64,000 nucleotides of DNA from Candidatus Nomurabacteria bacterium GW2011_GWD2_36_14 (GCA_000991405.1 LBRL01000001.1:456466-520465), one strand, 5' to 3'; positions 39,283-48,952 are shown, counted from the first letter of the stretch. The notes: a model not told the origin generated them from the sequence alone. A program made the numbers and translations.

Positions 39283-39375
39283 AGCCACGCTTAGGACTGA
39301 TACTTAAAACTAGCGACTGCCCCTGTTACCGAAGCCTTGCTTCGGTAAACCTTTATTTTTAAAGGATTTAATCTC
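39283..39375 (+). terminator. plus-strand tandem hairpins + T-run inside the rplE-rpsZ insertion (candidate antisense sRNA 3' end / bidirectional terminator)
   Basis: AGTCCTAAGC-CAC-GCTTAGGACT then TTACCGAAGC-CTTG-CTTCGGTAA followed by ACCTTTATTTTT. Confidence 0.35.
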
Positions 39376-39443
39376 AATTTTAGACAAAAAAATCAGCACT
39401 TATACCATAACGATACAAGTGCCTCATTTCTTAGATTTAAATT

Positions 39444-39770
39444 TTACTTAATGGAAACATCTCTCAAAAGCTCTTTTTCAACCTTCCTCTTTTTTTTATC
39501 AAGACCCAAAATAGTGATTTCACTATTCTTAGAAGTAAAATTATACTTTTTATACTTCCCATGAAATTCCTGCTTTTCGGTAAGGTAATAGAACCCACCA
39601 TTCTTAATTTTCCAAAAAGAAACTGTTACATTTTTGTGCTCAATAATTTTTGCTGGACTTAATACCAGCATTGTCTTCGTCAGCTCTCTAAAAATTCTTT
39701 CAGATTTTTTAGCACTAACTAACAAAGATAGCAAAAACAACACAACGATAATCATTACTCGCTTTTTCAT
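39444..39770 (-). CDS. small secreted hypothetical protein inserted in ribosomal cluster
   Basis: 108 aa, N-terminal signal peptide MKKRVMIIVVLFLLSLLVSA. Confidence 0.4.
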   Translation of the reverse strand: MKKRVMIIVVLFLLSLLVSAKKSERIFRELTKTMLVLSPAKIIEHKNVTVSFWKIKNGGFYYLTEKQEFHGKYKKYNFTSKNSEITILGLDKKKRKVEKELLRDVSIK

Positions 39771-39879
39771 AGTCTTTGGTTTTAAATTTATATATATACT
39801 TCCATTTTATAAGAAATTTGTCAAAGATTTTTATATCACAAAAATACCCCCTTTCGGGAGTATTTTAAAGTAATTTGTC

Positions 39880-40422
39880 TTACGCTTTCTTAAATGGTAC
39901 ACCTATCAGCTCAAAGAATTCTGTGGCTTCGGCTTTGGTCTTGGCTGTGGTTACAAGTGTAACTCCCATTCCGAATACGTCTTTCAATTCTTCGTCACCT
40001 GTTTCAGGGAAGATAGTATGCTCCTTGATACTCATAGTTAGGTTACCGATATTGTCCACAATCTTTCTTTCAATACCACGGAAGTCCTTTGTACGAGGGA
40101 TAGCTACGTTTATAAGCTTGTCTAGGAATCCATACATACGAGCTCCTCGAAGAGTTACCATGACTCCTACAGGGTCTCCAATACGAATCTTGAAGGATGC
40201 TATAGACTTCTTTGCACTCTTGGTAGCAGGCTTCTGGCCGGTAATCTTGGCAATACGTTCAATAACCATCTTGTTGTGATCCTTGTTGCGCTTTAGTCCT
40301 GAACCTGTGCCTGAAGCTACTATCACCTTTACAAGGTGAGGAGCAGCCATGACATTCTTGTAGCCATACTTGGCCTTAAGTGTACTATATGCTTTCTTTT
40401 CTTTTTGTTTTACTGTTTCCAT
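39880..40422 (-). CDS. rplE: 50S ribosomal protein L5
   Basis: sequence match. Confidence 0.9.
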   Translation of the reverse strand: METVKQKEKKAYSTLKAKYGYKNVMAAPHLVKVIVASGTGSGLKRNKDHNKMVIERIAKITGQKPATKSAKKSIASFKIRIGDPVGVMVTLRGARMYGFLDKLINVAIPRTKDFRGIERKIVDNIGNLTMSIKEHTIFPETGDEELKDVFGMGVTLVTTAKTKAEATEFFELIGVPFKKA

Positions 40423-40472
40423 TTTGTTTTGTGTTCGAATTATTAATTATTAATTATTAATTCTTAATTACT

Positions 40473-40691
40473 CTAGTCTTTCTTAGCAACATTTGATACG
40501 TGTATAGGCATTGCAATCTCAAGAATCTGACTCTGATCGCCCTTACCTTTTGCTTTATGGGCCTTCTTTCTCACGTTTACACCTTCCACAACAACCTTGT
40601 TTTCACTTGGCATAGCTTTGACAACCTTGCCACTTTTGCCTTTGTTGCTACCTGCGATAACTATTACATTGTCTCCTTTCTTTATTTTCAT
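40473..40691 (-). CDS. rplX: 50S ribosomal protein L24 (short, 72 aa, KOW)
   Basis: MKIKKGDNVIVIAGSNKGKSGKV. Confidence 0.85.
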   Translation of the reverse strand: MKIKKGDNVIVIAGSNKGKSGKVVKAMPSENKVVVEGVNVRKKAHKAKGKGDQSQILEIAMPIHVSNVAKKD

Positions 40692-40764
40692 ATATTTATC
40701 CGCCTAAATTTTAATACTAATACTTATGCCCTCCGTTGAAATTTTGTGAAAAATTTTGGCGGAT

Positions 40765-41136
40765 TTATATAACTTCTTGGGCTAATGAAATAATCTTTTG
40801 GTAACCCCTTTCAGCAAGCTCACGAGGGATAGGTCCGAATACGCGTCCACCCTTTGGATCCTGCTTGTCTTTTTCCAAGATTACAACAGCGTTGTCGTCA
40901 AAACGAATATATGAACCATCCTTACGGCGATATGACTTTACAGTACGGACTACGACAGCTTGGCAGACATCCTTTTTCTTCACACCCTTGCGAGGCTCAG
41001 CAATCTTGACTGAGATGATAACTTTGTCTCCAATACCTGCATAACGGCGTTTTGATGCGCCAAGTACCTTGAAAACCTTTCCGACTTTTCCGCCGGCGTT
41101 ATCTGTGATATTTACTACTGTTCCGTCTTGTATCAT
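40765..41136 (-). CDS. rplN: 50S ribosomal protein L14
   Basis: MIQDGTVVNITDNAGGK. Confidence 0.9.
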   Translation of the reverse strand: MIQDGTVVNITDNAGGKVGKVFKVLGASKRRYAGIGDKVIISVKIAEPRKGVKKKDVCQAVVVRTVKSYRRKDGSYIRFDDNAVVILEKDKQDPKGGRVFGPIPRELAERGYQKIISLAQEVI

Positions 41137-41142
41137 ATAATA

Positions 41143-41388
41143 TTAACTAATTACTTTAAAATGTTTATCCTTTGATATTGGTCTGACTTCTTCTATTTCT
41201 ACTACGTCGCCTACCTTCTTGGCATTGTCGGCATCGTGAGCTTTGTAGTTCTTGGTCTTCTTGATACGCTTACCGTACTTCTTGTGCTCAACAAAGCGAG
41301 TAACTTCTACGACAACAGTCTTGTCCATCTTGTCTGAGACAACTACTCCCTTGAGAACTTTATTTGATTTTTTAATTTTTGCTTCCAT
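41143..41388 (-). CDS. rpsQ: 30S ribosomal protein S17
   Basis: [19 protein letters not shown]. Confidence 0.9.
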   Translation of the reverse strand: MEAKIKKSNKVLKGVVVSDKMDKTVVVEVTRFVEHKKYGKRIKKTKNYKAHDADNAKKVGDVVEIEEVRPISKDKHFKVIS

Positions 41389-41398
41389 ATTTTTTAAA

Positions 41399-41815
41399 TT
41401 ATCGTGCTACGATACAAGTTGTTACTGGTAATTTGGTTCCAGCCTTACGGAGAGCTTCTTTGGCTACTGCTTCCGTAACCCCATCTACTTCAAACAATAC
41501 TCGGCCTGGGCGAACGTCTAGACAGTATCCCTGAGGATCTCCTTTTCCTTTTCCCATTCCTACTTCTGCAGGCTTGGCTGTAAAAGGTCTGTCAGGAAAG
41601 ATGCGAATCCACATACGGCCAGTCTTACCAATTGTTCTAGATACTACCTTACGAGCTGATTCTATCTGATTTGAACGGACACGTCCACCTGCTGTGGCCT
41701 TAAGTCCAAATGATCCGAAAGCTATGGTAATACCACGTGTATCTGGAGTGACTTTCGTCATATCCGTCCTACCTGTCTGCCATTTTCTAAATTTTACTTT
41801 TTTTGGTGTTAACAT
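41399..41815 (-). CDS. rplP: 50S ribosomal protein L16
   Basis: [16 protein letters not shown]. Confidence 0.9.
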   Translation of the reverse strand: MLTPKKVKFRKWQTGRTDMTKVTPDTRGITIAFGSFGLKATAGGRVRSNQIESARKVVSRTIGKTGRMWIRIFPDRPFTAKPAEVGMGKGKGDPQGYCLDVRPGRVLFEVDGVTEAVAKEALRKAGTKLPVTTCIVAR

Positions 41816-41821
41816 AAAATT

Positions 41822-42511
41822 TTATTGTTTATTATTCTTACTTCCAGTTGCTCCGCCTTCAGCCGAGAAAACTTCTCCACGATATATCCAGACCTTAATA
41901 CCGATATCTCCATAACTCATATGAGCCTTCTCACGAGCAAAGTCAACGTCAGCACGGAAAGTTTGCAAGGGAATAGAACCACGCTTGATCTGCTCACTAC
42001 GTGCGATTTCAGCACCTCCTAGACGGCCTCCAAGGTAGATACGAGCTCCTTTAACTCCACGAGCAGTCATAACCTTCTCAATAGTCTGCTTCATAACACG
42101 ACGGAATGGTAGACGCTTCTCAAGGCCTTCAGCAATCATACAAGCGACGATAGCTGCGTCTGCATCTGGGTTTGCAACTTCTACTATATCAAATTTGAAA
42201 TCTTCAGGAATTATAACGCCACGTTTCTTCATAGTAGAAACAAGGTCTGCCTTAAGCTTACTTGCTCCATCTCCACCACGGCCGATTATCATACCTGGGC
42301 GTGAAGTAAATACCATGACTTTTGTAGCTTTTACACCTCTGTCAATTTCTACACGAGAAACATAGAATCCACGAAGCTTCTTCATGAGGAACTCACGGAT
42401 AACAACATCACTCTTGAGTAAGTCTTTGTATTTCTTGTCAGCAAACCAGCGTGATTTCCAATCACGGAGTGTTACTAGTCTATGTGCATATGGATGGACA
42501 ACTTTTGACAT
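41822..42511 (-). CDS. rpsC: 30S ribosomal protein S3
   Basis: KH domain + S3 C-terminal domain, 229 aa. Confidence 0.9.
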   Translation of the reverse strand: MSKVVHPYAHRLVTLRDWKSRWFADKKYKDLLKSDVVIREFLMKKLRGFYVSRVEIDRGVKATKVMVFTSRPGMIIGRGGDGASKLKADLVSTMKKRGVIIPEDFKFDIVEVANPDADAAIVACMIAEGLEKRLPFRRVMKQTIEKVMTARGVKGARIYLGGRLGGAEIARSEQIKRGSIPLQTFRADVDFAREKAHMSYGDIGIKVWIYRGEVFSAEGGATGSKNNKQ

Positions 42512-42516
42512 ATAAA

Positions 42517-42951
42517 TTAATTTTCTGCTTTAACTTCTGGTTTTTTTGTTACCTTCGACTTCTTTACTACTTTTTCCTTTTTCTCTACTTTGTCTGTTTT
42601 TGAAACTTTCTTTGCTTTCTTTTCAACTGTTTTCTCTATAAGGGTAAGCATTATATGACTGGTACGCTTGTTGATACGTGAAGCTGATCCACGAGCACGT
42701 GGCATACTGCGCTTCATAACTATGCCTTTGTTTACAGTTACGTTCTCAACATATAAATTTTCAGGTGATATTCCTGAGTTCTTTGCATTTGCTACTGCAG
42801 AAGCCAACAACTGTTCTATTGGACCTGATGCTCTTCTTGGTAATGCTTTCAACTGAGTAAAAGCCTGTGCAACCCTATTGCCTTTGATTAAGTCTGCTAC
42901 AAGGCGAACCTTGCGAGGAGACTGTCTGTAATTTTTTAAAAATGCTTTCAT
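42517..42951 (-). CDS. rplV: 50S ribosomal protein L22 with K-rich C-terminal tail
   Basis: sequence match. Confidence 0.9.
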   Translation of the reverse strand: MKAFLKNYRQSPRKVRLVADLIKGNRVAQAFTQLKALPRRASGPIEQLLASAVANAKNSGISPENLYVENVTVNKGIVMKRSMPRARGSASRINKRTSHIMLTLIEKTVEKKAKKVSKTDKVEKKEKVVKKSKVTKKPEVKAEN

Positions 42952-42960
42952 ATAAGTTTA

Positions 42961-43305
42961 TTACTTCTTCTTGGTATCTGTTGCGGCTTTGGCTGATTTG
43001 GATGCGGTAATCTCGGCTTCTTTCTTCTTGGCTTCTAGTTCTTTCTGCATCTTACCTCCGTGTCTGACGAACTTGCGTGTTAGTGAGAATTCTCCAAGTC
43101 TGTGTCCCACCATATCTTCACTGACGAGTACTTCTACATGAACCTTGCCATTGTGGACTCCAAATACGAAGCCTACCATTTCAGGGGAGATCACACATGC
43201 TCGTGACCATGTCTTAATAACGCCTGTTTCTAGAGGTTTCTTTCCAGCAATTTTTTTCAAAAGCCTTTCGTCTACATATGGTCCTTTTTTAAGTGATCTT
43301 GTCAT
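42961..43305 (-). CDS. rpsS: 30S ribosomal protein S19 with K/A-rich C-terminal tail
   Basis: [12 protein letters not shown]...[13 protein letters not shown]. Confidence 0.9.
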   Translation of the reverse strand: MTRSLKKGPYVDERLLKKIAGKKPLETGVIKTWSRACVISPEMVGFVFGVHNGKVHVEVLVSEDMVGHRLGEFSLTRKFVRHGGKMQKELEAKKKEAEITASKSAKAATDTKKK

Positions 43306-43351
43306 TTGGTTTTGTATCTACAATATAAATAAGCTCCTTTGAGCTCGTTGG

Positions 43352-43392
43352 TTCATACTAGCAAATGAAAGAATATATGTCAAATTCAAATT
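43352..43392 (-). promoter_or_regulatory. sigma70-consensus promoter for rpsS operon: TTGACA(43383-43378)-17-TAGTAT(43360-43355)
   Basis: Minus-sense AATTTGACATATATTCTTTCATTTGCTAGTATG; shares CATTTGCTAGTATGAAC with 38586-38625 copy. Confidence 0.6.
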
Positions 43393-43404
43393 TTTGGAAT
43401 TAGA

Positions 43405-43797
43405 TTAAAACACCAAAGCTATTACTTTAGGTCCAAAGATTAAGAGCCCTATAACCCCTGCTACAATAGTAGCAATAGAAACAGCCCCAGCAGCTACATC
43501 TTTAGTATCTCTAGCATACGGATGGTAGTTTGGGCTGGTAAGATCTATGTCTATCTCTATTGCTGTGTTAAATGCTTCAGCAATTACAACTAGTCCAATA
43601 GCGAGTATAACTACTGCCCACTCAACAGAAGATAAAGAAAAAACAAAACCCATATATATAGCTAAAATTGCAAAGAATAGATGTATCCATAAATTATGAG
43701 TTGTCTTAATAAAAACTCCCAACCCACGAAGACCATGATTAGTGCTTTTGAAACGAGAAATAATTGAAAACCTCTTTTTCTCTGATATTTTTTCCAT
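43405..43797 (-). CDS. dgkA: diacylglycerol kinase / undecaprenol kinase family membrane protein (DgkA-like)
   Basis: 3 TM; signature AEAFNTAIEIDIDL and DTKDVAAGAV. Confidence 0.6.
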   Translation of the reverse strand: MEKISEKKRFSIISRFKSTNHGLRGLGVFIKTTHNLWIHLFFAILAIYMGFVFSLSSVEWAVVILAIGLVVIAEAFNTAIEIDIDLTSPNYHPYARDTKDVAAGAVSIATIVAGVIGLLIFGPKVIALVF

Positions 43798-44002
43798 GTT
43801 TGTATTATATACTCAAAAATGCAAAAGAAAAACCTTGGTCATAAAACGATCAAGGTTTTCTGATTAAATTTATTCCCCGGTTTAAAAGAACACCAAAACT
43901 TTTATTTTCCGGGCAGGAATCTATTTTACGGAAAACTCCCACAACGTTTGGCCTTTTATTGTTATGAAAGACCGAAATCTATTACTTTTTCATAGGCAAC
44001 AA

Positions 44003-44200
44003 TTATTTTTTAAATAAAAAATCTTCAGACTTTCTGTCTGGAGAGGTAAAATGGATTTCTTTACTTCTTGCAAATAACTTTGGAGATATACGTCCTAAGA
44101 CAATCCCCAAACAAAAAATAATTATATCCCAATAATTAAACGGGGTATAAATAAAAATATAAAATACAATACAAACCACAAATATTAAAATAATTTTCAT
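44003..44200 (-). CDS. small hypothetical membrane protein
   Basis: 65 aa, two hydrophobic helices; inserted between rplB and dgkA-like. Confidence 0.3.
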   Translation of the reverse strand: MKIILIFVVCIVFYIFIYTPFNYWDIIIFCLGIVLGRISPKLFARSKEIHFTSPDRKSEDFLFKK

Positions 44201-44329
44201 AGCGCTAGGTATTATTGGTTTATTTTTTTCAATTTCATTCTAAGCTTATAGTTTATACACAATTTGTCAATACAACAAAAAATTCCCTTTCGGGAATTTT
44301 TTGTTGATAGAGATTTTTGTTTTTTAAAC

Positions 44330-45187
44330 TTAAGCTTTCTTTGACTTTCCAACTTTTCTTCGAGAAACAATCCACATGTTTGAATATTTCTTTGGAGTAC
44401 GAGTCTTCTGGCCTTTTCCTGATGGCTTACCCCACATAGTCTTGGCACGGCGTAGACCTCTTCCTTGGCGTCCTTCACCTCCACCGTGTGGGTGGTCTAC
44501 TGGGTTCATGGCTGTACCACGAACTGTAGGGCGAATTCCTTTCCAGCGAGAGCGTCCTGCTTTACCAAAGTTTTGAAGCTTGAATTCACTGTTTGAAACT
44601 TCACCGATAGATGCCCAAGCATTTTCTGAAACTTTGCGTACTTCTGTAGAAGGCATTTTGACGTTGGTATATCCAAGGTCATTCGCGACTACTTGTCCGA
44701 AGGTTCCAGCTCCGCGAGCAAGCTTTCCTCCGTTACCTGGCTTAATTTCTACATTGTAAACAAATGTTCCAACTGGTATTAGCTTAAGAGGTAAACGATT
44801 CCCAACTGTTAGAGGAGCTTTCTCGGAAACGATAAACTTGTCTCCAACTTTAACTGTTTTAGGTATCACTACGTATCTCTTCTCTCCGTCTGCATAAACT
44901 GCGATACCGATAAAGGCATTGCGGTTTGGATCGTATTCGATAGAAGCTATCTTGGCAGGAATGTCGTGCTTGTTGTACATGAAGTCTATCTCTCTGTAAA
45001 GTCTCTTGTGTCCACCCCCTTTATGTCGAGTAGTTATACGTCCCTGATTGTTACGTCCGACAGATCTTTTGAAACCATGAGTTAAAGCTTTCAAGGGCTC
45101 ACTTGTAGTTAAAACTTTTCTGTAAGTAACGGTAGTCTGGTGACGCTTTGATGGTGTTGTAGGTTTGTATGTTTTCATATTATGCAA
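44330..45187 (-). CDS. rplB: 50S ribosomal protein L2
   Basis: sequence match; 8-nt overlap with rplW. Confidence 0.95.
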   Translation of the reverse strand: MHNMKTYKPTTPSKRHQTTVTYRKVLTTSEPLKALTHGFKRSVGRNNQGRITTRHKGGGHKRLYREIDFMYNKHDIPAKIASIEYDPNRNAFIGIAVYADGEKRYVVIPKTVKVGDKFIVSEKAPLTVGNRLPLKLIPVGTFVYNVEIKPGNGGKLARGAGTFGQVVANDLGYTNVKMPSTEVRKVSENAWASIGEVSNSEFKLQNFGKAGRSRWKGIRPTVRGTAMNPVDHPHGGGEGRQGRGLRRAKTMWGKPSGKGQKTRTPKKYSNMWIVSRRKVGKSKKA

Positions 45188-45512
45188 TTGCTATCTTATC
45201 ACCCTTCTTCAAATATACGACCGCTTTCTTCCCTCCCTTTTTCGTTCCAATTATTCCACGACGAACTACTGTCTTTGAAGTAATCTTGGTAGTAGAAACT
45301 CGCAAAGGAGTAACTCCGTAGATAAGCTTGATAGCTTTCTTAATCTCATTCTTGGTAGCATTATCGGTCACATTGAAAGTATAAATTCCTTTCTCTGCGC
45401 CTAGTGCTGCCTTTTCTGTAATGCGAGGACTCTTGATCAAAGGGTGGGTCTTTGCTTTTTTACTATCAACTACCTCTTCTTTTGTATTCTTTTTTGTTTT
45501 TGTTGTTGCCAT
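45180..45512 (-). CDS. rplW: 50S ribosomal protein L23
   Basis: sequence match. Confidence 0.85.
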   Translation of the reverse strand: MATTKTKKNTKEEVVDSKKAKTHPLIKSPRITEKAALGAEKGIYTFNVTDNATKNEIKKAIKLIYGVTPLRVSTTKITSKTVVRRGIIGTKKGGKKAVVYLKKGDKIAIA

Positions 45513-45518
45513 ATAATA

Positions 45519-46187
45519 TTATTTTTTTTCTGTTTTGCCACCTAGGAATGCGACACTTTCAGTTGGCTGTGAAATAATAATATATCGGTAAGCTAGCAAA
45601 TCAACAGGATTCATGTTGCGAACCTCATCGATCTCTACTGTAGGAATATTTGCAAAACTCTTCTTAAGAACGTCTCCCTTTGCAGGAACTGAAATGTAAG
45701 TATTTGGCTTCTTGCCTCCTACCATTCTTTCAAATCCTTTGATACCGCTCAAATCTTTCATGACAGCTACTGCGTCTTTCGTCTTAATAGCCTTAAGATT
45801 CAATTCTTCTACAAAGATTAGCTGGCCCTTTCTTAGCTTCTCTGAGAGAACAGTGTAGAGAGCTTTTGCTTTCATTTTCTTGTTTATTTTCTGATCGTAA
45901 ACTTTGTCATTTCTTGGTCCATGGGTGACTCCTCCACCTTTCCAGATTGGAGAACGTGTTGAACCATGACGAGCTCGTCCTGTACCTTTCTGTTTCCATG
46001 GCTTCTTACCTCCTCCGCGAACTTCTCCACGTGTCTTTGTATGAGCAACTGGTGTGCGAGCATTGGCTTGCATAGCAGTCACTACTTGGTGAACCAAGTC
46101 ACCATTCCAAGGAACACCAAAGATTGATTCTGGGAGTTCAAATTTGCCTACGGACTTACCTTTTTGGTTATATATTTGTGTTTCCAT
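45519..46187 (-). CDS. rplD: 50S ribosomal protein L4
   Basis: sequence match. Confidence 0.9.
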   Translation of the reverse strand: METQIYNQKGKSVGKFELPESIFGVPWNGDLVHQVVTAMQANARTPVAHTKTRGEVRGGGKKPWKQKGTGRARHGSTRSPIWKGGGVTHGPRNDKVYDQKINKKMKAKALYTVLSEKLRKGQLIFVEELNLKAIKTKDAVAVMKDLSGIKGFERMVGGKKPNTYISVPAKGDVLKKSFANIPTVEIDEVRNMNPVDLLAYRYIIISQPTESVAFLGGKTEKK

Positions 46188-46233
46188 ATAATTTAGCCCT
46201 AAACTTATAGTCGGGCGATCAATAGTAATTGAT

Positions 46234-46866
46234 TTAGCCGATTATTTCTACGAGCGTTCCGCGTCTTCCTGGAATCGCACCTTTAATAAGTAATTGGTTA
46301 TTTTCGACATCAACACCAACAATTTCCAAATTTCTAACTGTAATACGGTCGCTACCCATACGGCCTCCCATGCGCATTCCCTTTGGAACTTTGTTGCGGA
46401 GACCTCCACCGATAGAACCGGGTTCACGTTCTGAGTGCTTCTGTCCGTGTGAACGTGGTCCTCCATGGAATCCATGACGCTTCACAACGCCTTGGAAACC
46501 TTTTCCTTTTGAAATACCTGTAACAGTTACAATGTCTCCCTTTTTAAATGCGGAAACTGTGATTCTGTCACCTGTGGCCATTTCTTCAATGTCTCGGAAT
46601 TCACGAAGATGCTTGAAAGCACCTTCACCCTCTACTGTGCTATCGCTACTTTTTGCGGATTTGATATGTCCAAGATGTGCCTTTGTCGCACGATTTTCTT
46701 TCTGTTCTTCGAAGGCTACTTGCACTGCTACATAGCCATCGACATCAGGGCTTTTCATTTGAGTGACGACAATAGGTCCAGCAGAAATAACTGTAGTTGG
46801 AACTACTTGTCCATCATCTAGAAAGCACTGCATCATATGCTGTTTTTTACCAAGGATAAATTTCAT
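46234..46866 (-). CDS. rplC: 50S ribosomal protein L3
   Basis: sequence match. Confidence 0.9.
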   Translation of the reverse strand: MKFILGKKQHMMQCFLDDGQVVPTTVISAGPIVVTQMKSPDVDGYVAVQVAFEEQKENRATKAHLGHIKSAKSSDSTVEGEGAFKHLREFRDIEEMATGDRITVSAFKKGDIVTVTGISKGKGFQGVVKRHGFHGGPRSHGQKHSEREPGSIGGGLRNKVPKGMRMGGRMGSDRITVRNLEIVGVDVENNQLLIKGAIPGRRGTLVEIIG

Positions 46867-46870
46867 ATTA

Positions 46871-46950
46871 GTATATAGGGTATAGTGTAAAGCGTATAGG
46901 GGGTGAAATTCAAAATCACTGTTCCCTTTACTCTATTCACTGTTCCCTTG
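46871..46950. repeat. ~80-nt 5'-UTR element upstream of rplC (copy 1)
   Basis: GTATATAGGGTATAGTGTAAAGCGTATAGGGGGTGAAATTCAAAATCACTGTTCCCTTTACTCTATTCACTGTTCCCTT; ~85% identical to 47334-47411. Confidence 0.65.
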
Positions 46951-46955
46951 TTAAT

Positions 46956-47324
46956 CTACATCATCTTCACGTCGATATCAACACCAGATGGTAGAGATAA
47001 GCTTGTGAGAGCTTCAATAGTCTTAGGATTTGGATTCAGGATGTCAATAACGCGTTTATGTATTCTGATTTCGAATTGTTCACGAGCATTCTTAAACACA
47101 AAAGATGCTCTGTTGACTGTGTATTTCTTAATTTCGGTAGGAAGTGGAATTGGTCCGACAATCTTTGCATCGTAGCGAAGAGCGGTATCAATAATCTGCT
47201 TGACGGATGCGTCAAGAATCTTATTCTCGTATGCTCTTACGCGTATACGAAGCTGGACAACTGCGTCTTCTTTCCCCTTCTTTGTTTTTGCTACACCTAC
47301 TGGTGCATTTGTCTTTGTTGTCAT
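46956..47324 (-). CDS. rpsJ: 30S ribosomal protein S10
   Basis: sequence match. Confidence 0.9.
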   Translation of the reverse strand: MTTKTNAPVGVAKTKKGKEDAVVQLRIRVRAYENKILDASVKQIIDTALRYDAKIVGPIPLPTEIKKYTVNRASFVFKNAREQFEIRIHKRVIDILNPNPKTIEALTSLSLPSGVDIDVKMM

Positions 47325-47333
47325 AGTAATTTA

Positions 47334-47411
47334 GTGTATAGGGTACAGTACAAAGCGTATAGAGAAGATTCAAAATCACTATTCCCTTTACTCTATTCGC
47401 TATTCCCTTCT
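47334..47411. repeat. ~80-nt 5'-UTR element upstream of rpsJ (copy 2)
   Basis: GTGTATAGGGTACAGTACAAAGCGTATAGAGAAGATTCAAAATCACTATTCCCTTTACTCTATTCGCTATTCCCTT. Confidence 0.65.
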
Positions 47412-47413
47412 TG

Positions 47414-48613
47414 CTATTTAATGATCTTTGTTACAACACCAGCACCAACTGTTTTACCTCCTTCACGGATAGCAAAGTGCATAGTTTCTTCAAGAGCAAC
47501 TGGGGTTACAAGTTTAACTCCTAGTTTAACTGTATCTCCTGGCATAACCATTTCTACTCCGGCTGGTAATGTAGACTCACCTGTAACGTCTGTTGTACGG
47601 ATATAGAACTGAGGCTTGTATCCTGTGAAGAATGGTGTGTGACGTCCTCCTTCTTCCTTTTTCAAAATGTAAACTTCACATTCGAATTCTGAGTGAGGAG
47701 TAACTGTTCCTGGCTTTACTAGAACTTGTCCACGAGTTACATCTTCCTTCTTGATTCCACGGATAAGGATTCCAGCATTATCGCCAGCCATACCTTGCTT
47801 CAAATTTTTGTTGAACATTTCAATACCAGTAACTGTTGTCTTGGCTGTATCTTTAATACCAACGATTTCAACATCTTCACCAACATTGATAACTCCACGT
47901 TCGATCTTACCAGTCACAACTGTTCCACGTCCTTCGATTGAGAATATATCCTCAATAGGCATTAGGAATGGCTTTGTAACATCACGTTCTGGAACTGGAA
48001 TATAAGTATCAAGAGCATTTACAAGGTCAAGGATCTTAGTTGCCCATTCATTTGTATTGTCAGCTGATTCAAGAGCCTTAAGAGCTGAACCACGGATAAC
48101 TGGAGCATTTGCACCATCAAATCCTTGCTTTGTAAGAAGTTCACGAACTTCTTCTTCAACTAGTTCAAGCATATCAGGATCATCAACCATGTCGCACTTG
48201 TTTAGGAATACGATAATCTTAGGAACGTTCACTTGCTTTGCTAGAAGGATGTGCTCACGTGTCTGTGGCATAACTCCGTCTGTAGCAGCAACTACGATAA
48301 CTGCACCGTCCATTTGAGCGGCACCTGTAATCATGTTCTTAATATAGTCGGCGTGTCCTGGAGCATCGATGTGAGCGTAGTGACGTGTTGGTGTCCAGTA
48401 CTCATTGTGAGAAAGAGCGATCGTGATACCACGAGCCTTTTCTTCAGGAGCTGAGTCGATTTGATCGACACCTTTAATCTTCGCACCATATTCACCACCT
48501 TGTCTTGCTAAAATCTGCAAAATAGCCGCGGTTAGTGTAGTTTTCCCATGATCGACGTGACCAATAGTACCTACGTTTACGTGAGGCTTATCTCTTTTAA
48601 ATTCTTCTGCCAT
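47414..48613 (-). CDS. tuf: elongation factor Tu
   Basis: [19 protein letters not shown]; 399 aa. Confidence 0.95.
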   Translation of the reverse strand: MAEEFKRDKPHVNVGTIGHVDHGKTTLTAAILQILARQGGEYGAKIKGVDQIDSAPEEKARGITIALSHNEYWTPTRHYAHIDAPGHADYIKNMITGAAQMDGAVIVVAATDGVMPQTREHILLAKQVNVPKIIVFLNKCDMVDDPDMLELVEEEVRELLTKQGFDGANAPVIRGSALKALESADNTNEWATKILDLVNALDTYIPVPERDVTKPFLMPIEDIFSIEGRGTVVTGKIERGVINVGEDVEIVGIKDTAKTTVTGIEMFNKNLKQGMAGDNAGILIRGIKKEDVTRGQVLVKPGTVTPHSEFECEVYILKKEEGGRHTPFFTGYKPQFYIRTTDVTGESTLPAGVEMVMPGDTVKLGVKLVTPVALEETMHFAIREGGKTVGAGVVTKIIK

Positions 48614-48898
48614 ATGAATTATTGGTTGATAAACGTAACAAAGTATACGAGAACCTTACTTTATTATATTTACCAACATAAATTATTAATAAATGTTTCG
48701 TTTCAAACGAAACTACGCAAAAATTGCGATTGACTCTCATCGTAGCAAATATAAGAATAATGTCAACCTCCACACCTACTTTTTCATTATTGTGTTTTTA
48801 ACTATAAAAAATCAATAAAATAAACAATATTTATATATTAAATATCTCAAAAAAATATAATAGTGACACAATAAAAACTATGAAAAAGTGGGTGTGGG

Positions 48899-48932
48899 GG
48901 TCAAATGCCCGACGCCTACGGCGTCGGGCATT
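48899..48932. terminator. 14-bp GC-rich hairpin downstream of surface-protein gene (terminator)
   Basis: AAATGCCCGACGCC-TACG-GCGTCGGGCATTT. Confidence 0.5.
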
Positions 48933-48952
48933 TGTATTTATTGCCTCATTCC

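Noticed and set aside
44212-44484. 90-aa minus-strand ORF
   Set aside because: Overlaps the 3' end of rplB in another frame; no support
47058-47606. 182-aa plus-strand ORF
   Set aside because: Antisense across rpsJ/tuf junction and repeat element
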